DNA from: Occultella glacieicola
GTDB taxonomy: Bacteria; Actinomycetota; Actinomycetes; Actinomycetales; Beutenbergiaceae
Assembly: GCF_004353825.1 (NCBI RefSeq)
Contig: NZ_SMNA01000006.1
Span: forward strand, 372,001-436,000
Length of the DNA stretch: 64,000 nt
Direction of reading: 5' to 3'
Shown here: positions 27,542-37,475 of the stretch, one piece after another
Numbering within the stretch: position 1 is the stretch's first letter
Layout of the letters: every line of letters begins with the position of its first letter
Notes under the pieces: generated by a model
What the model saw: only the letters and a program-made list of their open reading frames with translations
Told to the model about the DNA's origin: nothing
Database searches by the model: none
Translations under genes and position numbers: made by a program

Positions 27542-29065
27542 GTGCCGCACGTCGCCCCCACCCCGCAGTCCGCCACCGGCTCGCCCGAGGCCGACGAGTC
27601 CTTCTCCGTGCGGGCCGCGCTGCGCTCGCCACGCCGGCTGCGCACCGAGGTGCTCGGCGGTCTCGTGGTGGCCCTCGCCCTGATCCCGGAGGCGATCGCG
27701 TTCTCGATCATCGCCGGCGTGGACCCGCGGGTCGGGCTGTTCGCGGCCTTCACGATGGCGGTGACGATCGCGTTCGTCGGCGGCCGCCCGGCGATGATCT
27801 CCGCGGCCACCGGCGCCGTGGCCCTGGTGGTCGCGCCGGTGGTCCGCGACCACGGTCTCGACCATCTCATCGCCACGGTCATCCTCGGCGGGATCATCCA
27901 GGTGGTCCTCGGCGTGCTCGGCGTCGCCAAGCTGATGCGGTTCATCCCGCGGATGGTCATGGTCGGCTTCGTGAACGCCCTGGCGATCCTGATCTTCGTG
28001 GCCCAGGTGCCCCACCTGCTCGGGGTGACCTGGATCGTGTACCCGTTGCTCGCCGTCGGCATCGCGGTCATCGTGTTCTTCCCGAGGTTGACGAAGGTCG
28101 TGCCGGCCCCGCTGGTCGCGATCGTGGCGCTGACGGCGTTCACGGTGCTCGCGGGCATCGACGTGCCGACCGTCGGCGATGAGGGCGAACTGCCCGAGTC
28201 GCTCCCGTCCCTGCTGCTCCCGAACCTGCCGTTCTCCCTCGAGACCCTGCAGATCATCGCGCCGTACGCGCTCGCGATGGCGCTCGTCGGACTGCTCGAG
28301 TCCCTGCTGACCGCCAAGCTCGTCGACGACGTCACCGACACCCACTCCAACAAGACCCGTGAGGCGTGGGGCCAGGGCGTCGCGAACATCGTCACCGGGT
28401 TCTTCGGCGGCATGGGCGGCTGCGCGATGATCGGCCAGACGATGATCAACGTGAAGAGTTCCGGCGCGCGCACCCGGATCTCGACGTTCCTGGCCGGCCT
28501 GTTCCTGCTGATCCTCGTGGTGGGCCTCGGGGATGTCGTCGCGATCATGCCGATGGCCGCGCTCGTGGCCGTGATGGTCATGGTGTCCGTCGGCACGTTC
28601 GACTGGCACTCGATCCGGCCCTCGACGCTGCGCCGGCTGCCGAAGTCGGAGGTCACCGTCATGGTCGCGACGGTCGGGGTCACCGTCGCCACGAGCAACC
28701 TCGCCTACGGTGTGGGGGTCGGGGTGCTGATCGCGATGGTGCTGTTCGCACGCCGGGTCGCCCACGTCACGTCGGTCACCCGCCTGGACGCCTCGGACGA
28801 CGACGGCGAGCGCGTCTATGCGGTCGAGGGCGAGTTGTTCTTCGCGTCCTCCAACGACCTCGTCTACCAGTTCGACTACGCCGGCGACCCCCGCAGCGTG
28901 GTCATCGACATGTCGAAGGCGCACATCTGGGACGCCTCCACGGTCGCCACCCTGGACGCGATCACCACCAAGTACGAGGCCAAGGGCAAGGAGGTCCGGA
29001 TCGTCGGGCTGAACCCCGACAGCGCCGCCCGGCACGGGCGTCTCAGCGGCAACCTCGGCGACTGA
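27542..29065 (+). CDS. SulP-family inorganic anion transporter with STAS domain
   Basis: ALALIPEAIAFS, GGRPAMIS, GGCAMIGQT, GELFFASS. Confidence 0.93.
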   Translation: MPHVAPTPQSATGSPEADESFSVRAALRSPRRLRTEVLGGLVVALALIPEAIAFSIIAGVDPRVGLFAAFTMAVTIAFVGGRPAMISAATGAVALVVAPVVRDHGLDHLIATVILGGIIQVVLGVLGVAKLMRFIPRMVMVGFVNALAILIFVAQVPHLLGVTWIVYPLLAVGIAVIVFFPRLTKVVPAPLVAIVALTAFTVLAGIDVPTVGDEGELPESLPSLLLPNLPFSLETLQIIAPYALAMALVGLLESLLTAKLVDDVTDTHSNKTREAWGQGVANIVTGFFGGMGGCAMIGQTMINVKSSGARTRISTFLAGLFLLILVVGLGDVVAIMPMAALVAVMVMVSVGTFDWHSIRPSTLRRLPKSEVTVMVATVGVTVATSNLAYGVGVGVLIAMVLFARRVAHVTSVTRLDASDDDGERVYAVEGELFFASSNDLVYQFDYAGDPRSVVIDMSKAHIWDASTVATLDAITTKYEAKGKEVRIVGLNPDSAARHGRLSGNLGD

Positions 29066-29074
29066 GCCGGGCGC

Positions 29075-29671
29075 TCACTCGGCCGCGTCGGCCTCGAGGG
29101 CCGACACCAGCACCACGACCGCTTCGAGCGCGCCCTGCAGGTCCTCCCGGGTCAGCGGCCCGAGGTGCTTCGCCGCACCGAGCAGCCCGAGCGTGGTCGC
29201 GGACAGCGCGAGCGCGAGCGGCTCGGACGCCACCCGATCACTCAGCGCCCCCCGGCCCTGCAGGTCCTCGATCCAGGCCACCACCGCCCGGTGCCTAGCG
29301 CGATAGCGACCGTCGGTGACGCCGTCGGCGTAGGAACCGAGCACACCGTGCTCGTCGAGGAACGCGGCGGTCATCAGCGGATCGTCCAGGAGTACCTCGA
29401 CGGCGACGGCGTAGGCGCGGCTCAGCGAGGGCGGAACCGTCTCGCCGAGCCGCGTGCTGGCGGCGGCGTTCATGCGGTCCATCGAGCGGGTCAGCAGCAC
29501 GTCGAGGATCTCGCGCTTGCTCGCGAACTCCCGGTACACCGCACCCTTGGCGATGCCGACCTGCTCGGCAACGGCCTGGACACTCATCGCGTCGAAGCCG
29601 CGGGCGAGCACGAGGGCGCGGGCCGCGTCGAGGATCCGCTCGCGCCGGTCAGGGATGAGCGGACGCGGCAC
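29075..29671 (-). CDS. TetR/AcrR-family regulator
   Basis: RERILDAA...RGF..MSVQAVA..VGIAKGAVYREF.SK. Confidence 0.92.
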   Translation of the reverse strand: MPRPLIPDRRERILDAARALVLARGFDAMSVQAVAEQVGIAKGAVYREFASKREILDVLLTRSMDRMNAAASTRLGETVPPSLSRAYAVAVEVLLDDPLMTAAFLDEHGVLGSYADGVTDGRYRARHRAVVAWIEDLQGRGALSDRVASEPLALALSATTLGLLGAAKHLGPLTREDLQGALEAVVVLVSALEADAAE

Positions 29672-30578
29672 CGTCGCCTCCGGATCCTTGGCCGAGGGCG
29701 TCGAGAAAACCGGCGACGGCGGGGGTCACCAGGTCCGGACGGTCCCGTTGGACCCAGTGCCCGGCTCCTTCGACGACGACCAGGCGGGCGTCCGGGATCC
29801 GCGCGGCGGCCTCGCGGGCGCATGCGACGGGCACACCACCGTCCCGGGAGCCGTGCACGAGGAGCGCAGGCACGGAGAAGTTCTCGAGCCGGTCCAGGTA
29901 GTTCGTCCGGGTTCGGTTCCATTGGACCTGGTCGCGCTGCCACTGCTCGAACGCCACCCGGGCGTCCCGGCGACGCGCAGCAGCCGTGATCTCGGCGAGG
30001 AGGTCCTCGGTCAGTGCGTCCGGGTTACGCACGATCTGCCGCATACCGCTTGCCAGCAGGCGTGGGCTGCGCGCGTAGGCCTCCTGCGCCAGACTGAGGA
30101 GCCCGCTGCGCAGCGCCAGCCAGGTCAGGGTCTGGATGGGCAAGCTGAGCCATCCGTCGGCGAGCCGGTCCTGCAGCCCGTAGCTGCCGAACAGCATCGC
30201 ACCGGTGATCCGCTCGGGTTCGGCGAGGACATGCCCGATGGCCAGCCCGCCGCCGAGCGAGAGGCCCCCGATCGCATACGGCCCCAGCCCGACGGCGTCG
30301 ACGAACTCGGCGACGTAGGCGACCAGCCGGTCCTGGGTCACCGGCCAGGGCGCGCGGGGACTCTCGCCGAAGCCGGGGTGGTCGGGGGCGACCACCGTGT
30401 GCCCCGCCGCCGCCAGCGCTCCGCCGAGCTCGCCCCAGGACAGGGATGCGTTGTCCGCGTTCCCACCGTGCAGGAGCAGCACCGTGCCCGCCGCTGGCCT
30501 CGCCTCCCTCGCGGGCGACCAGTGCAGGTAGGACACCGGACCCCAGGGCAGGTCGACTGTCGATCGGCTCGGTCCCAT
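29649..30578 (-). CDS. Alpha/beta fold hydrolase
   Basis: LLHGG, DHPGFGES, GLSLGG nucleophile elbow, HGSRD, AGHW. Confidence 0.9.
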   Translation of the reverse strand: MGPSRSTVDLPWGPVSYLHWSPAREARPAAGTVLLLHGGNADNASLSWGELGGALAAAGHTVVAPDHPGFGESPRAPWPVTQDRLVAYVAEFVDAVGLGPYAIGGLSLGGGLAIGHVLAEPERITGAMLFGSYGLQDRLADGWLSLPIQTLTWLALRSGLLSLAQEAYARSPRLLASGMRQIVRNPDALTEDLLAEITAAARRRDARVAFEQWQRDQVQWNRTRTNYLDRLENFSVPALLVHGSRDGGVPVACAREAAARIPDARLVVVEGAGHWVQRDRPDLVTPAVAGFLDALGQGSGGDGAASAHP

Positions 30579-30590
30579 CGGACTCCTCTC

Positions 30591-30621
30591 GTAGTGACCA
30601 GACTAGCACTCTGGTCACTAC
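30591..30621. promoter_or_regulatory. TetR operator overlapping a -10 element
   Basis: Perfect 12-bp IR GTAGTGACCAGA-N7-TCTGGTCACTAC with minus-strand TAGTCT inside, just upstream of the hydrolase-TetR operon. Confidence 0.8.
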
Positions 30622-30639
30622 CGGAGCGAGCGACGCGGC

Positions 30640-30999
30640 CTACTGCGCGGATGGCGCCCCGCCGAGGCCGATCTCGTTGCCGTCCGGGTCGCGGTAGATC
30701 ACCTTCCGCACCCCGTTCCCGTACGTCTCGCGTGACTCCGGGTGGATGCCCCGCCGCGCCGCGGCGTCGGCAGCCTCGTCGAGGTCGCCGACGAAGAGCG
30801 TGACGAAGGAGTGCCCGGCGTGCTCGGGCCGTTGCTCCACGTACACGTGCCGACGTTCGGCTACCGTCCACACCCGCTCGGTGTCGTTCGGGTCGAACGT
30901 CTCGACCTCACCGAAGAGCCGGTGGTACCACCCCGCGGCGCGGCCGAGGTCGGTCACGGCGACGCCGGCGAACAACTCGAGTTCCCTCTCGGTCTCCAT
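30640..30999 (-). CDS. VOC/glyoxalase-family protein
   Basis: VAVTDL..A..WY..LFG; YRDPDGNEI. Confidence 0.85.
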   Translation of the reverse strand: METERELELFAGVAVTDLGRAAGWYHRLFGEVETFDPNDTERVWTVAERRHVYVEQRPEHAGHSFVTLFVGDLDEAADAAARRGIHPESRETYGNGVRKVIYRDPDGNEIGLGGAPSAQ

Positions 31000-31102
31000 G
31001 CCCCTACCGACCTCGGCCGGACACCGAACTCATCGGCCCACGGCGCGGTGGTGACCTCACGCTCCGGCGGCGCGGTCCGCGGCACCCTGCCGTCCGGGCC
31101 TG

Positions 31103-33871
31103 CTACTGCTCGATCCGCACGACCGTGCCGAGTCCGCCCCCCGACAGCGTGTCGGTCGTGACGTAGAGCGCACCGTCGGGCCCCACCGTGATGCCGCCGG
31201 GCGCTACCAGTGCCCCGTCCGCCACCTCGCTGCGCACGCCGTCCGGAGTCACCTTGATCAGGGCGCCCTCGAAGTCGCCGGTCGCGAACGCGTGCCCCAG
31301 GCCCTGTTCGGCGATCTCGAGGACGTACATGGTGCCGTCGGAGTCGAACGCGAGGTCGATGATCGAGGTGAAGCCCTCCGCGTGGACCTCGGCCGAGCCG
31401 TCCGCCGTCACCCGGTACACCCGCGACTCGCCCGGTGCGAACGGGAACCCGAGCAGTTCACCGACGTAGTAGGCGCCGTCCGGCCCGACGGTCACGGCGT
31501 CCGGCACGGACTGCGCCATCACCGTGCCCCCGGCGAACGGGACCTCGCGGTCTCCGAACGTGGTCAGGGTGCGCAACTCGCCCGAGTTCGCCTGGAACAG
31601 CAGGGCGTTCGCGCCGGCGTCGGCGATCACTACGCCGCCCGGAACGGCGGCGGCCGAATGCGGATTGGAGTCCGGCAGGCCGCCGTCGGGATTCACGGCA
31701 GCCTCGTAGGCGGCCAGGTCGGCAACCGTCCTCGTCCTGCCGTTGGGTGCAATCCGGAGGAGGACGCCGAGGTCGCTGCCGGCGGGCCGGGCGGCCGGGT
31801 CGTCGCCCAGGCCGACCGGCACGAACATGTTGCCCCGGCCCTGGAACGTCACGTCGTGCACCCCGACGACGTCACCGGCCGGTGCCAGGTAGGTCGGCAG
31901 TCCGCTGACCACGTCCGACGCCGCGCCCGTGCCGGGGTCGAGCCGCACGATCGCGCCGTCGTTCGACCCGCTACCCACGGTGGCGACGTACAGTCCGCCG
32001 TCGGGGCCGAACGCGAGCCCGCGCGGATTGTCCAGGCCGGTGGCGACCACCGTCGTATCGAAGGACAGCCCGAACCCGAGTGGGAGCAGGATGCCGTCGC
32101 CGTCGGCCTCGGGGATGTTCACCGGTAGCCGGCCCGCGGGGTCGATCTCCCCGGCGATCACGCCGACCACACCGTGGAAGTTGACCACGCCGGTGCCGTA
32201 GCTGTTGATCACGGCATCCGCACCGGGCAGCACGCTGATGTCGTACGGGTTCCGGGTGGCGATCACCACCACGGGCACCCCGGTGGCGGCGAGCTCGGCG
32301 ACCATCTGCTGCTGGGCCGCGTTGCCGGTCGCGTTGTAGGACGTGAACACCACGGCGTCGACCTCGGCCGCGGCCGCGACGGCACGCGCCCGGTAGGCGG
32401 CCGACGGCGAGGAGCCGTTCTCGTAGTCCTCGGTCACCTCGAAGCCCTGCTCGGCGAGCATCGGACCGACCCGCTCCGGCCAGCCGGAGCCGGCTCCGAC
32501 CATCAGGATGGTGTCGTCGAGGTCCAGCGGCAGGGTACGTGCGTCGTTGCGCAGCAGGGTGGCGGCCCGCTCGGAGATGGTCGCCGCGGTGGCCAGGTGC
32601 TCCGGCGCTCCGACCACGTCGTCGATCGCGCTCACGTCGGCGAACGGGTCGGCGAAGACGCCGCGCTCGGCCTTCCAGGTGAGGATCCGGCGCACCGACT
32701 CCCGGAGCCGCTCCACGGTGATCTCACCGTCGGCGACCGCCTGGCGCACGCCCTCGAACGAGGCATCCACGTCCGGAGAGTTCAGCAGGATGTCCGATCC
32801 GGCCAGGATGGTCAGTCGGGCGATGTCCTGCTGGCTCCAGTTCGACGCGAGCGCGGCCATGTCCAGGGCGTCGGTGGTGACGATGCCCTCGAAGCCCATC
32901 TCCTCGCGCAGCAGCCCGGTCAGCACCGCCGGTGAGAGGGTGCCGGGCATCGTGGGGTCGATCGCCTCGACGATGATGTGTGCGGTCATGATCATGTCCA
33001 CGCCACCATCGATCGCCGCCTGGAAGGGCGCCAGGTGCTCCTCGAGTGTGGCCCGGTCGTAGGTGACCACCGGCAGCCCGTAATGGGAGTCCTCGGCCGT
33101 GTCACCGTGGCCGGGGAAGTGCTTCGCGGTGGCCGCGACGTACTCCTGCAACCCTTGGATCTGAGCCACTCCGAGTTCGCTGACGACGGCCGGGTCCTCG
33201 CCCATCGACCGGATCCCGATCACCGGGTTGTCGGGGTTGGAGTTCAGGTCGAGCACGGGCGCGAAGTCGACGTTCACGCCGAGTGCGTCCATCTCGGCGC
33301 CGAGCAGCTCGCCCTGCCGTCGGGCCAGGTCCGCGTCGAACGTGGCACCGAGCGCCATGTTCCCGGGCAGCACGGTGGCCGGTGGCCCGATCCGCGCGAC
33401 CAGGCCACCCTCCTGGTCGATCGTGACGGCGAGCGGGAGGCCAGGACCGTCCTCGCCCAGGGCCGCCTCCTGCAGACCGTTGGACAGGGCCGCCGTCTGG
33501 TCGGGGCTGGCGGTGTTGCCGGACCACGCAAAATACAGAACGCCCCCGAGGTCGTACTTCTCCACCACCTCGGCCGGGGTGTCCACGCCGTATCGGGCCT
33601 GGTTGCTGGCGGCCATGGACGCGTCGTCGGCGGATGAGCCGTAGACGTGCGTCCAGGTCATCTGACCGATCAGTTCGTCCAGGCTCATGCTCGCGACGAT
33701 GGCGTCGATCTCGGCAGCGGTGGGGGTGTCGCTCGCCTCCGTGGGCGTGACGTCGGTCGGTGCCGGTGCCCGGGCTGCGCCCGTTGCGGGTGCCAGGGCG
33801 CCGAGCACCAGGGCCCCGGTGGCGAGCGCGGTGAGACCTGCACGGGCGGTCCGCGAACTGGGCAGAGTCAC
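31103..33871 (-). CDS. Secreted GH3 beta-N-acetylhexosaminidase fused to a ScyD/ScyE-like beta-propeller
   Basis: Signal peptide; IDQEGG, FAPVLD, KHFPGHG.T..DSH, MTAH, VTTDALDM; GH3-C ending GFGLSF; then ATGLDNPRGLAFGPDG...DSNPHS...DAGAN...QSVPDAV..GPDGAYYVGEL.GFPF. Confidence 0.88.
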   Translation of the reverse strand: MTLPSSRTARAGLTALATGALVLGALAPATGAARAPAPTDVTPTEASDTPTAAEIDAIVASMSLDELIGQMTWTHVYGSSADDASMAASNQARYGVDTPAEVVEKYDLGGVLYFAWSGNTASPDQTAALSNGLQEAALGEDGPGLPLAVTIDQEGGLVARIGPPATVLPGNMALGATFDADLARRQGELLGAEMDALGVNVDFAPVLDLNSNPDNPVIGIRSMGEDPAVVSELGVAQIQGLQEYVAATAKHFPGHGDTAEDSHYGLPVVTYDRATLEEHLAPFQAAIDGGVDMIMTAHIIVEAIDPTMPGTLSPAVLTGLLREEMGFEGIVTTDALDMAALASNWSQQDIARLTILAGSDILLNSPDVDASFEGVRQAVADGEITVERLRESVRRILTWKAERGVFADPFADVSAIDDVVGAPEHLATAATISERAATLLRNDARTLPLDLDDTILMVGAGSGWPERVGPMLAEQGFEVTEDYENGSSPSAAYRARAVAAAAEVDAVVFTSYNATGNAAQQQMVAELAATGVPVVVIATRNPYDISVLPGADAVINSYGTGVVNFHGVVGVIAGEIDPAGRLPVNIPEADGDGILLPLGFGLSFDTTVVATGLDNPRGLAFGPDGGLYVATVGSGSNDGAIVRLDPGTGAASDVVSGLPTYLAPAGDVVGVHDVTFQGRGNMFVPVGLGDDPAARPAGSDLGVLLRIAPNGRTRTVADLAAYEAAVNPDGGLPDSNPHSAAAVPGGVVIADAGANALLFQANSGELRTLTTFGDREVPFAGGTVMAQSVPDAVTVGPDGAYYVGELLGFPFAPGESRVYRVTADGSAEVHAEGFTSIIDLAFDSDGTMYVLEIAEQGLGHAFATGDFEGALIKVTPDGVRSEVADGALVAPGGITVGPDGALYVTTDTLSGGGLGTVVRIEQ

Positions 33872-33965
33872 GGTGCGTCTCCTCGGTCATGCCGTCGGCG
33901 ACCTGGTCGTCGCTCCCTCACGGCTCCCTTCGGGTCGGACCTCGTTGCCCGACTACGTGCTCGGA

Positions 33966-34034
33966 ACGATATTCAGGAGTCCGTCGATCGTCAAGAACTT
34001 TCACCCTGTCGACAGCAACGTGAAAACGATTTAC
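33966..34034 (-). promoter_or_regulatory. Sigma-70 promoter plus dyad operator of the GH3 gene
   Basis: Minus-strand TTGACG (33994-33989)-N17-TATCGT (33971-33966); inverted half-sites GTCAAGAACTTTCAC-N15-GTGAAAACGATTTAC (33990-34034). Confidence 0.65.
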
Positions 34035-34079
34035 ACGCCCGGTCCGGGCGCGCTCGGCGGCCCGGATTCGGCCGGACGC

Positions 34080-34931
34080 TCAGGAGAGCACGTCCTTCGT
34101 GCTGAACCGCCCGTACGCCAGCGCCCCGAAGAACGCGACGTACGCCGCCTGGAGCAGCGCGTTCTGCGTGAACGACGTCCAGACGACCGGCTCACGGAGC
34201 AGGTCGGCGAACGCGAGCCAATGGTGCGTGAACAACCACGGGTGCAGCCAGGCCAGCTGGTCGAGCTGCCCGAGCACCTGGGCCACGATCGTGAGCACGG
34301 CCACCGCAGCCATCGCGCCCACGCCGGCGTCGGTGAGGGTGGAGATGAACAGCCCGACGGCGGCCAGACCCAGCATGCAGATGCTCACGTGGGCCCCCAC
34401 GAGCAGGGAACGGAGCACGGCGTCGCCGACACCGATCGTGTCACCGGAGAGCAGCGTCGCCTCCCCGGCGCCGAACAGCGCCACGCCGATCGCCCACCCG
34501 ACCAACAGCACCGTGCCACTCGCGGCCAGGCAGAACACGACCGCGGAGAGGTACTTCACCAGGAGCAGGCGCACGCGGCCCGCCGGTGCGACGAGCAGGT
34601 AGCGCAGGGTGCCGAGACTCGCCTCCCCCGCGATCGTGTCCCCGGAGACCACGGCCACCGTAAGCGGCAGGAACAGCGGCGTGGTCACCACGAGCGCGGT
34701 CACGGCCACGAACATGCCGTTGTTGGTCACCTGGTCCAGGAACGGTGGGCCCTCCCCCGGGCCCGGCGGCTCGGAGGAGAGCCGGACCACGACCGCCATC
34801 AGCACCGGGATCGACGCGAGCGCCGCCAACATCGCCCAGGTGCGCCAGCGCCGGAACAGCACGCGCAGCTCCGAGGCGAGCAGCGCACCACCATGCGTGC
34901 GGGCGCGCACGGCCACGGCATCAGCGGGCAA
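34080..34931 (-). CDS. ABC-2 type transporter permease
   Basis: GDTIAGEASLGTLRYLL..PAGR.RLLLVK; 6 TM. Confidence 0.88.
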   Translation of the reverse strand: MPADAVAVRARTHGGALLASELRVLFRRWRTWAMLAALASIPVLMAVVVRLSSEPPGPGEGPPFLDQVTNNGMFVAVTALVVTTPLFLPLTVAVVSGDTIAGEASLGTLRYLLVAPAGRVRLLLVKYLSAVVFCLAASGTVLLVGWAIGVALFGAGEATLLSGDTIGVGDAVLRSLLVGAHVSICMLGLAAVGLFISTLTDAGVGAMAAVAVLTIVAQVLGQLDQLAWLHPWLFTHHWLAFADLLREPVVWTSFTQNALLQAAYVAFFGALAYGRFSTKDVLS

Positions 34932-35937
34932 CGTCGAACCCCTCCCCGGTCAGTGCCACGAACCGTTCCTCCAGGCTCGGCCGGGCCACGTCGAATCCAC
35001 GCACCCGCACCCCGGCGGTCACGAGAGCGGCCACGAGGTCCTCGGCGGCCGGCCCGTCATCCGGCAGGGCCGCCTCGAGGGTGACCTCGCCCGGGCCCGC
35101 GCGCCGGGCCGCGGCAGCGGCGGCGTCCGCCTCGGCCGCCCCCAGGCCGAGGCGAGCGAGTTCGGCGACGGCTCGGTCGCCGTCGGGCGTGAGCATCCGG
35201 ACCACCCGCTCCCCGGAACCACGCAGCTCGTCCAGGCTGCCCTGGGCCACGAGCGACCCGACGTGCATGACGGCCGCGTGCGTGCAGATCTGCTCGACCT
35301 CGGCGAGCAGGTGACTGGAGACGAACACCGTGGTCCCCTCCCCGGCCACGGCCCGGATCAGGGAGCGCACCTCACGGGTGCCCTGCGGGTCGAGACCGTT
35401 CGTCGGCTCGTCGAGCACGAGCAGGTCGCGCGGGGTGAGCAGGGCGGCGGCGATGCCGAGGCGCTGCTTCATGCCGAGCGAGTAGGCGCGTGCCTTCTTC
35501 CGCGCGGCGTGGGTGAGGCCGACCCGCTCCAGGGCGCGGGCGGTCCTGGCGTCGCGAGTGCCAGGGTCGGCGCGGGCGTCGGCGGAGTCGAGGCGGCGCA
35601 GGTTGTCCGCACCGGACAGGAACGGGTAGAAGGCCGGTCCCTCGATGAGCGCACCGACCCGAGGCAGGGCGTCGCGCAGACCCGAGGGCACGTCGTGGCC
35701 GAGGACGCGGGCCGTCCCGCTGGTGGCCGAGGCGAGGCCGAGCAGGACTCGGATCGTGGTGGTCTTTCCGGAGCCGTTCGGTCCGAGGAACCCGAACACC
35801 GAGCCGCGGGGCACGGCCAGGTCGATGCCGTTGACGGCGAGCTGGTGCCCGAACCTCTTGGTCAGGGCGGTCGTGGCGATCGCGAGGTCGGCGGTTTCGG
35901 TCTCCGCCTGATCCGCGAGGCTTGCTGTCTCGCTCAC
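34921..35937 (-). CDS. ABC transporter ATP-binding protein
   Basis: GPNGSGKT, YSLGMKQR, LDEPTNGLD, SSH. Confidence 0.93.
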   Translation of the reverse strand: MSETASLADQAETETADLAIATTALTKRFGHQLAVNGIDLAVPRGSVFGFLGPNGSGKTTTIRVLLGLASATSGTARVLGHDVPSGLRDALPRVGALIEGPAFYPFLSGADNLRRLDSADARADPGTRDARTARALERVGLTHAARKKARAYSLGMKQRLGIAAALLTPRDLLVLDEPTNGLDPQGTREVRSLIRAVAGEGTTVFVSSHLLAEVEQICTHAAVMHVGSLVAQGSLDELRGSGERVVRMLTPDGDRAVAELARLGLGAAEADAAAAAARRAGPGEVTLEAALPDDGPAAEDLVAALVTAGVRVRGFDVARPSLEERFVALTGEGFDVAR

Positions 35938-36992
35938 TCAGCCGCCGCGGCCTGGAGCCGCTCCAGCGGCACCGCCCCGACGAGGATCCGGCCGTCGTCG
36001 GCGACCAGCACGTTCACGAGGTCGGTGCCGAGCAGACGGCCACCGTCGACGGCGGTGGTCAGTTGCGCGAGCAGCGGCTCGTCGCCGAGGCCGGTCGCGC
36101 CGGCGTCGATGATCACGACCGACTCCCAGCCGGTACCGATCACCGAGGGTTCGGGATGCTGGGCAGATGCCGAGGCGTCGCCGCCCTGATCGGAGGGCGG
36201 GGCGACCTCCTCGACGTCGGCGCCGGCCGGCGGGGTGAACTCGAACAGGTCGGCGTCCGGCGCGGTCGGGTCGAGCGAGGTGTAAGCGATCTCGAAGGCC
36301 GGCGTAGCCTCGCCGCGCGCGGTGACGGTCACCCGAAGCGGTTGTCCGGTCTCACCGTCGACCGCGATCGCCACCTCTCCCACGAGGGTCGCGTCCGTGC
36401 GGGGGGTCAGCACGAGGTCATACGCGGCGCGTCCGGCGACCTCGACGTCCTCGCGGACGGTCAGTTCGGTGCTGGGGCCGACGGCGTCGATCAGGTGGTC
36501 GGCAACCTCGTCGGGGCGGTACTGCTGGCCCGGTGCGGCCGTGGTGGCGTCGGCATCGGCGGGCAGAGTCGTGTGGGTCGCGGAGTTGTCGCCGGAGTCG
36601 TAGGCCCAGACCTCGTTCCCGTTGACGATGACGTCACGCTCGCCGAAGGTCTCGAACACCTGGAGGCGGGCCTGGTCCTGCTCGCCGACGAACACCCGGC
36701 CGGAGTGGTCGCTGGTGAGGGCCTCGAGGACGGCGGTCACGGCGGCGGCGTCGCCCGCCGCGTCATCGGGGAGTTCGACCCCGCCGGGCAGCTGCGGAAG
36801 CCCGAGGTCGGAGGTCTGCTCGAACTCGCCGGAGAACGGCTGGTGGTCCCGGTCCGCCAGGAGCGTCAGAATCTCGGCCGGGGTGCGTTCGGGAAGCTCG
36901 TCGGCGCCGGCCTGGGCGGCGAAGGCCACCGAGCCGGCCACGACGAGTGGGACCGCCGCGGCGGGTAGCCAGCGGGACCAGGTGCGTGCCAT
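35934..36992 (-). CDS. LolA-like / DUF2092-type exported protein
   Basis: N-terminal signal anchor; DLGLPQLP, VWAYDS, VAGRAAYDLVLTP, P...FEFTPPAGA. Confidence 0.75.
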   Translation of the reverse strand: MARTWSRWLPAAAVPLVVAGSVAFAAQAGADELPERTPAEILTLLADRDHQPFSGEFEQTSDLGLPQLPGGVELPDDAAGDAAAVTAVLEALTSDHSGRVFVGEQDQARLQVFETFGERDVIVNGNEVWAYDSGDNSATHTTLPADADATTAAPGQQYRPDEVADHLIDAVGPSTELTVREDVEVAGRAAYDLVLTPRTDATLVGEVAIAVDGETGQPLRVTVTARGEATPAFEIAYTSLDPTAPDADLFEFTPPAGADVEEVAPPSDQGGDASASAQHPEPSVIGTGWESVVIIDAGATGLGDEPLLAQLTTAVDGGRLLGTDLVNVLVADDGRILVGAVPLERLQAAAAE

Positions 36993-37109
36993 GAACAACT
37001 CACTCCTCAGATCGTCTGGTTCGACGGTACGTCGCGCGGGCACCGATCACCAGTGGCGCGGTGCGGAGGATGTGTGTGCACGATCGGCACCGGCCGGGCG
37101 AGCCAGCGA

Positions 37110-37147
37110 CATATACCTTGCGTGATATATACCACCCGCAGTATGTT
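37110..37147 (+). promoter_or_regulatory. Probable ArsR operator and leaderless -10
   Basis: AT-rich dyad ATATA-N10-TATAT (37111-37130); TATGTT 7 nt before ATG 37155. Confidence 0.5.
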
Positions 37148-37154
37148 CACGGTC

Positions 37155-37475
37155 ATGTCGCCCGCGTTCGACGTACTCACGCTCCCGCTCCGCCAGGACA
37201 TCCTCGCCGCACTCCGCCATGGCCCCGCCCTGGTCGGCGACCTCGCGGAGCGCCTCGGAGCACCGCAGGCCGCGGTCTCGAAGCAGCTACGGGTCCTGCG
37301 CGAGGCGGGCTTCGTGCGAGCCCGCGTGGACGCCCAGCGCCGCTGGTACGAACTGTGTCCGCAACCGTTCGTCGAGATGGCGCAGTGGCTCGAGCCGTAC
37401 CGGTGGATGTGGGAGGACCGGCTCGACAAACTCGGCGGCACCCTCGAACGGATCAAGGAGAGCGAGCAGTCATGA
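37155..37475 (+). CDS. ArsR/SmtB-family regulator
   Basis: LRQDILAAL..GP..VGDL...QAAVSKQLRVLREAGFV. Confidence 0.9.
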   Translation: MSPAFDVLTLPLRQDILAALRHGPALVGDLAERLGAPQAAVSKQLRVLREAGFVRARVDAQRRWYELCPQPFVEMAQWLEPYRWMWEDRLDKLGGTLERIKESEQS

